Shown: one piece after another, positions 10,413 to 19,293 of the stretch | How the letters are laid out: the number at the start of each line of letters is the position of its first letter | Numbering within the stretch: the stretch's first letter is position 1 | Assembly: GCA_965243395.1 (NCBI GenBank) | Contig: CBDEUS010000002.1 | Coordinates: 1,056,001-1,120,000 of the forward strand | Source: Gammaproteobacteria bacterium | GTDB taxonomy: Bacteria; Pseudomonadota; Gammaproteobacteria; UBA4575 | Length of the DNA: 64,000 nucleotides | Reading direction: 5' to 3' | The notes under the pieces: model-generated | Told to the model about the DNA's origin: nothing | Databases searched by the model: none | What the model saw: only the letters and a program-made list of their open reading frames with translations | Made by a program: the position numbers and the translations under genes

Positions 10413-11942
10413 GTGGCTGAGCTAACTACGATAGGAACAGAATTTGGGGCCACAAATACGGAAAGCCTACGCACGCCACCTTATTCCTTGGAAGCTGAAC
10501 AAGCTGTAATTGGTGGATTAATTCTCGATAACTCAACCTGGGATCAGGTTGCAGATCGAATCAATGAAAATGACTTTCATTTGTTTCAACATCGATTGAT
10601 TTTCAGATCAATCGATGAATTGATTGAAAAACAACAACCATTTGACGTTCTTACGCTTTCTGATTTATTACGTCAGAAAGATGAAATTGCAGATACCAAT
10701 ATTCTGGCTTATCTCGGCACACTCGCGAATGACACTCCGAGTGCTGCAAACATTCGTGCTTATGCGGATATCGTTCGTGAAAAATCAATTCTAAGACAGC
10801 TAGTAACGGCTGGAAATGAGATAGCATCTAGTGGTTTGTCACCGGATGGTCGTGATGTAAATGAATTATTGGACGAAGCTGAAAAAAAGGTTTTTCAAAT
10901 TTCTGATCACAGTGTTCATACTGACCAAGGTCCTCAAAACATAAAGTCATTGCTTAAAACGACTGTTGAACAAATTGATGAGTTATTTGAGCGTGGTGAT
11001 CATATTACCGGCTTGCCCAGCGGCTATGACGAATTTGATGAAAAAACTGCAGGTTTGCAAAATGGTGAATTGATTATTGTTGCAGGTCGCCCATCAATGG
11101 GTAAGACCAGTTTTGCAATGAATATAGTTGAATACGCTGCATTAAGAAGCAATGCTTCAGTTGCAATTTTCAGTATGGAAATGCCCGGCCGTGCGCTCAC
11201 GATGCGTATGTTGTCTTCTATGGGGCGTATTGATGCACAAAGAATTCGAACTGGTAAGTTAACCGATGACGACTGGCCGCGTTTAACCAGTGCGGTGTCA
11301 ATGTTGTCTGAGTCTAATTTATTCATCGATGATACCGCTGCACTTTCTCCTACTGAACTGCGTGCGCGTGCACGAAGACTAAAACGCGAGCATGGTTTAT
11401 CTTTAATTGTGGTGGATTACTTACAGCTCATGCAGGTAAGTGGTACTACAGAAAATCGAGCAACGGAAATTTCGGAAATATCTCGATCGTTAAAGGCATT
11501 GGCGAAAGAATTAGATCTCCCAATAGTTGCTTTATCGCAGTTAAATCGAAGTTTAGAACAACGCCAAGATAAGCGACCTGTAATGTCAGATCTTCGCGAG
11601 TCGGGTGCGATTGAGCAAGATGCAGATTTAATTGTGTTCATCTATCGCGATGAAGTTTATAACGAAGATTCACCCGATCAAGGTACGGCTGAAATCATCA
11701 TAGCTAAACAGCGCAATGGTCCTATATTTAAATCTAGATTAACCTTCTTAGGCCAATACACACGATTTGAAAATTATGTACCTGAGATTTATACGGGCGG
11801 GGCAATTGCCGGTGAAGGATATTCCAATCCAACTACAGCAGGCCCTGATACTACGATTACTGAGTCGGGTTTTACTGAACAAAAATTTTCAGATAAGGAT
11901 TTTACTAACAGCGATTTTCCTGACGAATTTGATGATGATTAG
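10413..11942 (+). CDS. dnaB: Replicative DNA helicase with acidic C-terminal extension
   Basis: AGRPSMGKT, VVDYLQL, SQLNR, DLRESGAIEQDAD, KQRNGP. Confidence 0.98.
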   Translation: MAELTTIGTEFGATNTESLRTPPYSLEAEQAVIGGLILDNSTWDQVADRINENDFHLFQHRLIFRSIDELIEKQQPFDVLTLSDLLRQKDEIADTNILAYLGTLANDTPSAANIRAYADIVREKSILRQLVTAGNEIASSGLSPDGRDVNELLDEAEKKVFQISDHSVHTDQGPQNIKSLLKTTVEQIDELFERGDHITGLPSGYDEFDEKTAGLQNGELIIVAGRPSMGKTSFAMNIVEYAALRSNASVAIFSMEMPGRALTMRMLSSMGRIDAQRIRTGKLTDDDWPRLTSAVSMLSESNLFIDDTAALSPTELRARARRLKREHGLSLIVVDYLQLMQVSGTTENRATEISEISRSLKALAKELDLPIVALSQLNRSLEQRQDKRPVMSDLRESGAIEQDADLIVFIYRDEVYNEDSPDQGTAEIIIAKQRNGPIFKSRLTFLGQYTRFENYVPEIYTGGAIAGEGYSNPTTAGPDTTITESGFTEQKFSDKDFTNSDFPDEFDDD

Positions 11943-11981
11943 AAAGATTCTGTATCAAAGCTGTTACTATGAGTTGATTAC

Positions 11982-13058
11982 ATGAAGCGTGCAGCGTTCG
12001 CGCGTATTAACTTTTCCCACCTTAAACATAATCTCGCAACCATACGAAAGATTGCGAATCAATCAAAAATCATGGCGGTTGTCAAAGCAGATGCTTATGG
12101 CCATGGCATGTTAGAAGTATGTCAAAGTCTTGGTGATGCAGATGCCTTTGCGGTTGCATATGTAAATGAAGCGATGGAATTGCGTGAAAATGGTATTCAG
12201 AAACCTTTAGTGGCTTTGCAGGGCTTTAGTGATTCAGAAGATTTACATAATGCAATTGCACAAAAAATTGATGTAGTTATTCATCATGAAGAGCAATTAA
12301 AAATTCTAAAAACACTTTCTACCGTAGCGGAATTGGATGTATTTATAAAAGTTGATACTGGCATGCATCGTTTAGGATTTGCTGTAGAAGAATTTCCAAA
12401 TGTATTAAAACAAGTGCAATCACTGCTTAATGATGATTCGAAAATTAGATGCATGACACATCTGGCATGTGCAGATGAAATTAACAATTCTGCAACCACG
12501 CAACAACTTGAGCGATTTGATTTTGTTGTTAAAAATAATACTTATAAACAAACCATTGCCAATACTGCTGCTATTTTAGCTTGGCCAGAAAGCCATCGAG
12601 ACTGGGTTCGTCCAGGCATAGCTCTATATGGTGTTAATCCAATTGAGCCACAGTACAGGACAGATTTATTAGATTTGCGCGCGGTGATGAGTCTCCATGC
12701 GCCATTGATTTCAATAAAAAGCTGTAAAAAAGGTGAGAAAATTGGCTATGGAGGCGATTTTTGTTGCCCTAATGATATGCTCATAGGCATCATAGCAATT
12801 GGCTATGCAGATGGTTATCCACGGCATTTGCGAAATGCGCCTAATGTTTTAATTGGTTCAAAACTGGCGCCTATTGTGGGGCGAGTGTCGATGGATATGA
12901 TTGCGGTAGATCTTGCAGGAGTAGAGACACATATTGGAGCGATAGCTGAACTATGGGGCGAGTCTGTTTCTGTTGAAGAAGTTGCGAAACATGCTGAAAC
13001 CATAAGTTATGAATTGTTGTGCGCTGCAGGCAATGCTGTAGAGAAGAAATACATTTAA
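11982..13058 (+). CDS. alr: Alanine racemase
   Basis: AVVKADAYGHG, DTGMHRLG, GYADG, GRVSMD. Confidence 0.97.
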   Translation: MKRAAFARINFSHLKHNLATIRKIANQSKIMAVVKADAYGHGMLEVCQSLGDADAFAVAYVNEAMELRENGIQKPLVALQGFSDSEDLHNAIAQKIDVVIHHEEQLKILKTLSTVAELDVFIKVDTGMHRLGFAVEEFPNVLKQVQSLLNDDSKIRCMTHLACADEINNSATTQQLERFDFVVKNNTYKQTIANTAAILAWPESHRDWVRPGIALYGVNPIEPQYRTDLLDLRAVMSLHAPLISIKSCKKGEKIGYGGDFCCPNDMLIGIIAIGYADGYPRHLRNAPNVLIGSKLAPIVGRVSMDMIAVDLAGVETHIGAIAELWGESVSVEEVAKHAETISYELLCAAGNAVEKKYI

Positions 13059-13073
13059 TAATGGCGGTGTGAT

Positions 13074-14738
13074 ATGGAAAAAGTTTGGTTAAAAAGCTAT
13101 CCAGAAGGCGTTCCAGAGTTTGCTGAATTAGGTCAGTATAATTCGTTAGCGCATATGTTTGATGAATGCGCAGAGCGTCACAGTCATTTGCCCGCGTTTA
13201 CAAACATGGGTGCAACATTGAGTTTTTCTGAGCTCAACATTGAGAGTTATAACTTTGCGGCATATTTACAGTCTGAATTGGGTTGTAAAAAAGGTGATCG
13301 CGTTTCGATTATGCTTCCCAACATTTTGCAGTTTCCGGTGGCACTTTATGGAGTATTGCGTGCTGGTTGTGTGGCAGTAGATGTAAACCCTCTTTACACC
13401 TCAAGGGAACTAGGTCATTACCTAAAAGATTCGGGTGCAAAAGTCATTGTTATTTTAGAAAATTTTGCTGATGTATTGGCAGAAATTATTCATGAAACGG
13501 ATGTTGAGCATGTGATACTCGCTCGAGTAGGCGATATGCTTGGTTTTCCAAAATCACTATTGGTAAATTTTGTTCTTAAATACGTACAGAAAAAAATTCC
13601 CAGTTACTCGCTTGATAAAGTCATCCCATTTAATGAAGTTTTAGCAGTTGGTCAGCAACGACAACTAGTAAAACCTGAAATCACACGTGATGATCTGGCG
13701 TTTTTGCAATTTACAGGTGGAACCACCGGTTTGGCAAAAGGCGCGATGTTGTCGCATGGAAACTTATTGTCCAATGTTGCCCAGGCAGGAACTTTTTTTA
13801 GCCCTATATTAGAAGAAGGCACAGAGACGGTTATTACTGCGTTACCGCTTTACCACATCTTTTCATTAACTGCGAATTGCTTTTTGTTTACAAAAATTGG
13901 TGGACTAAATTACTTAATAACTAACCCCCGTGATATGAAAGGCTTTGTTAAAGAATTAAGTAAAGTTAAATTTTCTGTAATCACAGGAGTGAATACATTA
14001 TTTAATGGCTTACTTAACACTGATGGATTTTCTGAATTAGATTTCTCAAATCTAAAGGTCACTTTGGGTGGAGGTATGGCGGTGCAAGAATCAGTGGCAA
14101 CAGAGTGGCATGAAACAACAGGATGTGTATTGGCTGAAGCTTATGGCTTAACTGAGGCTTCTCCCGCGGTGACTATGAACCCCTATAACTTGAAAGAATA
14201 CAATGGCACCATTGGCTTACCCATACCAAATACTGAAATTTCGATTCAAGATGATGATGGTAATCATCTTGGTATTGAAGAAGCCGGCGAGCTCTGTGTA
14301 CGTGGTCCACAAGTCATGCAAGGATATTGGAATCGACCCGAGGAAACTAAAAATACTATTAGTGAAGACGGTTGGTTAAAAACCGGTGATATCGCGATGG
14401 TGTCGGAAGAAGGGTTTGTGCGTATCGTTGATCGCAAAAAAGATATGATTTTAGTTTCAGGCTTCAATGTGTATCCAAATGAAATTGAAAATGTAGTGCA
14501 ATCACATTCAGGTGTTCTAGAAGTGGCTGCGGTTGGAGTCGATGATGAAGAATCTGGTGAAGTGGTAAAATTATTTATTGTCAAAAAAGACCCTGCGTTG
14601 ACCGAAGATGATATTTTGGATTATTGCAAGGACCGCCTCACACGATATAAGTGGCCTAAATACATAGAATTCCGCGATGAGCTACCCAAGACAAATGTCG
14701 GGAAAATTTTACGCCGTGCATTGAGGGACGGTGAATAG
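13074..14738 (+). CDS. fadD: Long-chain fatty acid-CoA ligase
   Basis: QFTGGTTGLAKG, YGLTE, TGDIA, DRKKDMI, PKTNVGKILRR. Confidence 0.93.
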   Translation: MEKVWLKSYPEGVPEFAELGQYNSLAHMFDECAERHSHLPAFTNMGATLSFSELNIESYNFAAYLQSELGCKKGDRVSIMLPNILQFPVALYGVLRAGCVAVDVNPLYTSRELGHYLKDSGAKVIVILENFADVLAEIIHETDVEHVILARVGDMLGFPKSLLVNFVLKYVQKKIPSYSLDKVIPFNEVLAVGQQRQLVKPEITRDDLAFLQFTGGTTGLAKGAMLSHGNLLSNVAQAGTFFSPILEEGTETVITALPLYHIFSLTANCFLFTKIGGLNYLITNPRDMKGFVKELSKVKFSVITGVNTLFNGLLNTDGFSELDFSNLKVTLGGGMAVQESVATEWHETTGCVLAEAYGLTEASPAVTMNPYNLKEYNGTIGLPIPNTEISIQDDDGNHLGIEEAGELCVRGPQVMQGYWNRPEETKNTISEDGWLKTGDIAMVSEEGFVRIVDRKKDMILVSGFNVYPNEIENVVQSHSGVLEVAAVGVDDEESGEVVKLFIVKKDPALTEDDILDYCKDRLTRYKWPKYIEFRDELPKTNVGKILRRALRDGE

Positions 14739-14951
14739 CTGATAATTCCTAATTATCAAATAACGCTCTGAGTGTATGTGAATTTATCCTCTGGTCTGGC
14801 ATCGATTGGCTAAAAAAATCCCAAAAAAATATATGGAATTTATAAAAAGTGTGACGTAGTTACGTTGATCAAATGACAATAATTCGTGACTATAGGAAGT
14901 CTAAATTTCTAATAAGCCTCATTAGAGGGCTGGCTTTGGAGTTGGCGATAC

Positions 14952-15449
14952 GTGAAGTCATACGAACAATCTGAGGATTCAGTGAGCGATGCTCAGCTTG
15001 CATTAGAACGTCGGGACCGTAGTGACCGGCGTAGACCTTCGTTTAAAGGGTTTATCTATGGGCTCTTCTTGGCCAGGCGCCGTGGCCCAAGACGTGCAGA
15101 AAACTTATATCAATATAGCGACTGGTATGACGTAAAGTTACTCGTCTTATCTTTGAGCTTACTGCTGCTTTCTTGTCTAGATGCTGCTATGACTATGAAG
15201 TTATTGTCACTAGGGGCTGTGGAACTAAACCCTATTATGAATGAACTGATTAATCAGGGTACGCGCTATTTTATTTGGATTAAAATTGCAGTGACAGCAT
15301 TATGTATAGTAGTGCTGGTAGCACACAACCGCATTAAGTTATTTAATTTTTTGCGTGTGGATGTAATATTAATTACTGCGGTTTTTATTTATCTTGGATT
15401 AGTGACCTACGAGTTTTACCTTTATACTTTAGGTGTTCCTGCAGCTTAA
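14952..15449 (+). CDS. DUF5658-like membrane protein with Arg-rich N-terminus
   Basis: LSCLDAAMT...GAVELNP, about 3 TM helices; GGAG SD before GTG; ERRDRSDRRR. Confidence 0.75.
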   Translation: MKSYEQSEDSVSDAQLALERRDRSDRRRPSFKGFIYGLFLARRRGPRRAENLYQYSDWYDVKLLVLSLSLLLLSCLDAAMTMKLLSLGAVELNPIMNELINQGTRYFIWIKIAVTALCIVVLVAHNRIKLFNFLRVDVILITAVFIYLGLVTYEFYLYTLGVPAA

Positions 15450-15802
15450 TTAAGCGATTGAATTAGGCTCTCGTTTGGATCTTGGCGAATCTTTCTTAAT
15501 TCTCTTTGCCACAGTTTTATATTTTTAGGACTTATTCCTTTTTCAACACTGTCTAACCATTGGTCATGGCAGTTCATGACAAGTTCTAAACCTTCATCGG
15601 TAAAATCCGAAACTTTGATTTCCAGTGAATGCCAATCTTCAATAGTCTTAGGAATATTGCATTTGTATAAATTGCTTTCTAGCAAAAAACCTAAGAGTGG
15701 TTCATATCTTAATTTGAACTTTTCGATGACTTCCAGTCTTGCTGTGTCGTCCATTTCTTCGTGTATGTACCATTTGCACGCATCAATTGTAAATTCTTTC
15801 AT
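15446..15802 (-). CDS. Hypothetical protein (resembles polymorphic-toxin immunity-like proteins)
   Basis: 118-aa ORF with AAGGA SD; SDFTDEG...DQWL...KG..P motif. Confidence 0.6.
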   Translation of the reverse strand: MKEFTIDACKWYIHEEMDDTARLEVIEKFKLRYEPLLGFLLESNLYKCNIPKTIEDWHSLEIKVSDFTDEGLELVMNCHDQWLDSVEKGISPKNIKLWQRELRKIRQDPNESLIQSLN

Positions 15803-15979
15803 CGCGCATCCTTTCCGTTAGAGGTTCATATCCATATACTTTTTTTATGTTCAGAAATCATATTTCGTTAAAACCCGTATTGTTGTTCAATTTATCTTGA
15901 GCATACAAACTTTATTTATTCATATCGTCTGGATTTGTTAACCACTTATCCTAATTGCTTGTAACAAATTGTTAACAAT

Positions 15980-16678
15980 CTAAACTTCAACAATCACAGC
16001 ATTGAAGTACTGGGCATATACTTCTAAAGCACGATCTTTTGCTAAGCCTAGGTGGTCTGCAAGAGCCAAATCCATACCGCGAAAGCTAGTTTCAAAATCA
16101 GTAGAGTTTTTTTCACCTTTCGTATAAAAGGGAGACTCTTTACTATTAAGTAAAAATATTTTTGCAATAGACTGTTCGATGGGTATGTCTAATGATACAT
16201 ATTGTATATCGGAGTAATGCTGCTTCGTATGTTCCCTGGCTGCTATAGAAATATCATCAAAGCGTGCGGTTAATGCAAATGCTTGTTTGCGATCTAGCCA
16301 AGTTTCGATATGTTTACTTTGAATTTCTAGTATTCTTTCTGCATGTACACTACCAAGCTCACTGATTGCATAAACAAAAAAGATATAAAGTTGGTAAAGT
16401 TTAATTGCATTAGTAAAAACAGGTACAAAAGATTTTGGTGTTTGATGATCTTCTTGAACGGTGTAGCTAAATGGACTTAGATTTTTAAGTAATAAATGCA
16501 ACGGATAAAATGCAACACTCTCTATGGTTCTAACTTCGTTACCTGCATCTACATCTTGATCGATATGATATTCTTGGAGACTTAAACGCGCAGTAGATTT
16601 TCGATTCGCTACTTCATTGGCTGTTAAACCCCATAAGTCAGGAAAATCTGTTGAATCGATTAATTGCGTCTGACTCAA
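15980..16678 (-). CDS. Hypothetical protein
   Basis: 232-aa ORF, TTG start with strong GGGAGGA SD. Confidence 0.7.
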   Translation of the reverse strand: MSQTQLIDSTDFPDLWGLTANEVANRKSTARLSLQEYHIDQDVDAGNEVRTIESVAFYPLHLLLKNLSPFSYTVQEDHQTPKSFVPVFTNAIKLYQLYIFFVYAISELGSVHAERILEIQSKHIETWLDRKQAFALTARFDDISIAAREHTKQHYSDIQYVSLDIPIEQSIAKIFLLNSKESPFYTKGEKNSTDFETSFRGMDLALADHLGLAKDRALEVYAQYFNAVIVEV

Positions 16679-16869
16679 TGTGATCCTCCCTAACGATAAA
16701 TTCAGTGGAAATACGCATATTAGAGTGGCTTTCTGATTATGCTCTACAAGCTTGAGATCGTCCGTTGCAAAGCCGCGATGGAAGGGTATTGGTTAAGAAT
16801 TTATTAATACAAGATCAGAGCGGGCTTGGCTTTTAGGTAGTTTTCGACATGCTTAATGAGTGCTTTTCT

Positions 16870-16891
16870 AAATGTGATGTAGTCCACACTT
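16870..16891. promoter_or_regulatory. CRP/Vfr-family binding site
   Basis: aaaTGTGA-tgtagt-CCACActt, one mismatch to TGTGA-N6-TCACA. Confidence 0.5.
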
Positions 16892-17439
16892 AGGTGCTGA
16901 TTGCACAAATATAACTTTGCTTCTGTTGAATGCTGATGCTTGTGCGAAACTGGTTAAATCCTTATCCGGCAGAAATTAAATTAGGCTTGTTGTATTCCAA
17001 ATGCCATGCAATTTGAATCCAGTGCTTCAGATAGGCTGGTTATCATTTCATATCTGCTATCGTCGAAATTTAGCTAATAAGCTACCGTTCATCTGAGGGA
17101 AAATTGCGTTGATTTATGGAAAATGTATGAAATAAAGTAAAAAATACTGCAACTCATCGGCTCTATTGAAGGTGTGGTAGTGTAATTTGAGCCAGACTAC
17201 TCAGAGTTAGCTGTGAATGAATTAAAATTGTCTGCCAACTTACTTGATGATGTTAAGGATTTAGAATCTCTAAAGCATAGCTGGCGATAACTTCGGGCTT
17301 GGGATATTAGGATTTGCTGATATAGTAGGAATTGCTTGAGTATAGAGCGAAATTGATAGAATTCTAGTCTGTCTTTCATGATACTGAGAATAGATTGAGG
17401 TTTTGTTTAAATTAAATTGTTTCCATTTAATTGTAATTT

Positions 17440-19293
17440 ATGACTAGTTCAAATATTGAAACATTAACGTCTTTATATCGAAGGCTTGGGATTGTTGTGT
17501 TAGAGCAGCGACAAGATAAAAGCCTTTGGTTGATTTCACCGATGCCTGATTGGTTTCCTATGTTAGCTGAGCTAAACGAAGATGCTAAAGAAGGTCAGGT
17601 AAGAGCCCTCAAATCGAATGTTTTAAATTCTTTCATTGAAAAAGATGTTCAAAACATGTGGTCCAGTGGACAAGAAAGAAATGTATCGTCCATATGGATT
17701 GAGTTAGATTCAGAAGAAAATAGTATACCCCTCCAAGCAACTGCTTTGCGTCAAGTGGACAGCATGCTAGTCATTATTGAACATGTACCTAATGCGTATG
17801 AAGCGAAGCAATCTCAAGCAAAACAAATGCGTGAAAACGATTTGCTTAAAGAATTGTTGGAAGACAAGAAAGCTGAACAGGCTCAAAAAATTGCCTCACG
17901 TGAGACAGAGTTAGAGCAGGAAATCAGTGAGCGACGTGCTTTAGAAAAACAACTTACTCATTTAGCTTTTCATGATTCGTTAACAGGATTGCCAAATCGA
18001 TCTCTGTTTACAGATCGATTACAAAGATCCATTGCAGAAGCAGAACGTAAAAAAGAATCTGTAGTGGTAATGTTCATAGACTTGGATGACTTTAAAAAAG
18101 TAAATGATTCATTTGGTCATCATGTAGGGGATAAGGTAATTCAAAGCGCAGCATTACGCTTAAAAAAATGCTTACGTGATATTGATTCAATTGCACGTTT
18201 GGGAGGTGATGAGTTCACCTTGCTTGTTCCGCATATTGGCGAACGTGAAGATATTGAAATAATTGCCAGGAGACTAATTGAATCTTTAGATGAGCCGATT
18301 ATCGCCGAGGGTAATGAATTTCGCATGTCAATCAGTATAGGAATTTCAGTTTATCCCAATGATGCCAGCAACGAAGACAATTTATTGCGCAATGCTGATA
18401 CCGCTATGTATTTCGCGAAACATACCCGCGGCCCAAGCTTCAGATTTTATGAGGCGGATATGGGTACTTCACCCTCTAAACGTTTGGCATTAGTTTCTGA
18501 TATTGAATTGGCATTACAACAAAAAGAATTTTTCTTGGTATATCAGCCTATCGTCAATGTCCAGAGTATGGAGGTGATGGGCGCTGAGGCCTTATTACGC
18601 TGGCGACGTTCTGATGGTGAAATTGTAGAACCAGATCGTTTTGTGCCATTGGCTTGTGAATCGGAACTGATCGTTAAAATTGGTTTATGGGTGATCAATC
18701 AGAGTTGTAATCAACTTAGGAACTGGCGTGGTATTTACGGTGATAAATTTAGAATGGTTATAAATTTATCTTTGCGTGAGCTGGAATCTAAAAAGTGCAA
18801 AGACACTTTACGCGAGCAGATGGAAAACATGAATTTGCCTCCAGGTTCATTGGAAGTGGAGATTACTGACTCAGCACCTATAGATAACTCAAACATAATG
18901 CAAACACATGTTGATTTTCTAAAAAGCTTACATGTGTCAACCGCTATTGATCGCTTTGGTGATCGTCAAACTTCATTAAAGTCAATCAAATCTCTTGGGT
19001 TACATTCTATAAAAATAGATCGCTATTTTGTAAAAGGTATTGAATCTGACCAGGATAGTTATGACGTGTTTAGCGGTATTGTAAAACTAAGCTTATCTTT
19101 ATCGGATAATGTGCTTGTAGAGGGAATCGAGACTAAAGAACAGTTAGATATAATTCAAAATATGGATGTTAAAGAAGCGCAAGGCTTCTTTTTCACACAG
19201 CCATTAGAATCACACTTTTTTGATCAGTGGATGAAAGAGTTTGATAAGAAACAAAAAACCCAGCTTAAACTTGTAAAGCAAAAGAAAGCCTAG
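17440..19293 (+). CDS. GGDEF-EAL protein (diguanylate cyclase with probably degenerate EAL domain)
   Basis: HDSLTGLPNR, RDID I-site, RLGGDEF; EAL present but DDFGTG replaced by DRFGDR. Confidence 0.92.
   Translation: MTSSNIETLTSLYRRLGIVVLEQRQDKSLWLISPMPDWFPMLAELNEDAKEGQVRALKSNVLNSFIEKDVQNMWSSGQERNVSSIWIELDSEENSIPLQATALRQVDSMLVIIEHVPNAYEAKQSQAKQMRENDLLKELLEDKKAEQAQKIASRETELEQEISERRALEKQLTHLAFHDSLTGLPNRSLFTDRLQRSIAEAERKKESVVVMFIDLDDFKKVNDSFGHHVGDKVIQSAALRLKKCLRDIDSIARLGGDEFTLLVPHIGEREDIEIIARRLIESLDEPIIAEGNEFRMSISIGISVYPNDASNEDNLLRNADTAMYFAKHTRGPSFRFYEADMGTSPSKRLALVSDIELALQQKEFFLVYQPIVNVQSMEVMGAEALLRWRRSDGEIVEPDRFVPLACESELIVKIGLWVINQSCNQLRNWRGIYGDKFRMVINLSLRELESKKCKDTLREQMENMNLPPGSLEVEITDSAPIDNSNIMQTHVDFLKSLHVSTAIDRFGDRQTSLKSIKSLGLHSIKIDRYFVKGIESDQDSYDVFSGIVKLSLSLSDNVLVEGIETKEQLDIIQNMDVKEAQGFFFTQPLESHFFDQWMKEFDKKQKTQLKLVKQKKA

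Noticed and set aside
10413-11942. Intein in the long DnaB
   Set aside because: Helicase motifs are contiguous; the extra length is a C-terminal tail with no Cys...His-Asn splice junctions
14850-14865. Full CRP site upstream of the DUF5658-like gene
   Set aside because: Only the TGTGA half matches and the second half (TACGT) is poor; mentioned only as a weak half-site
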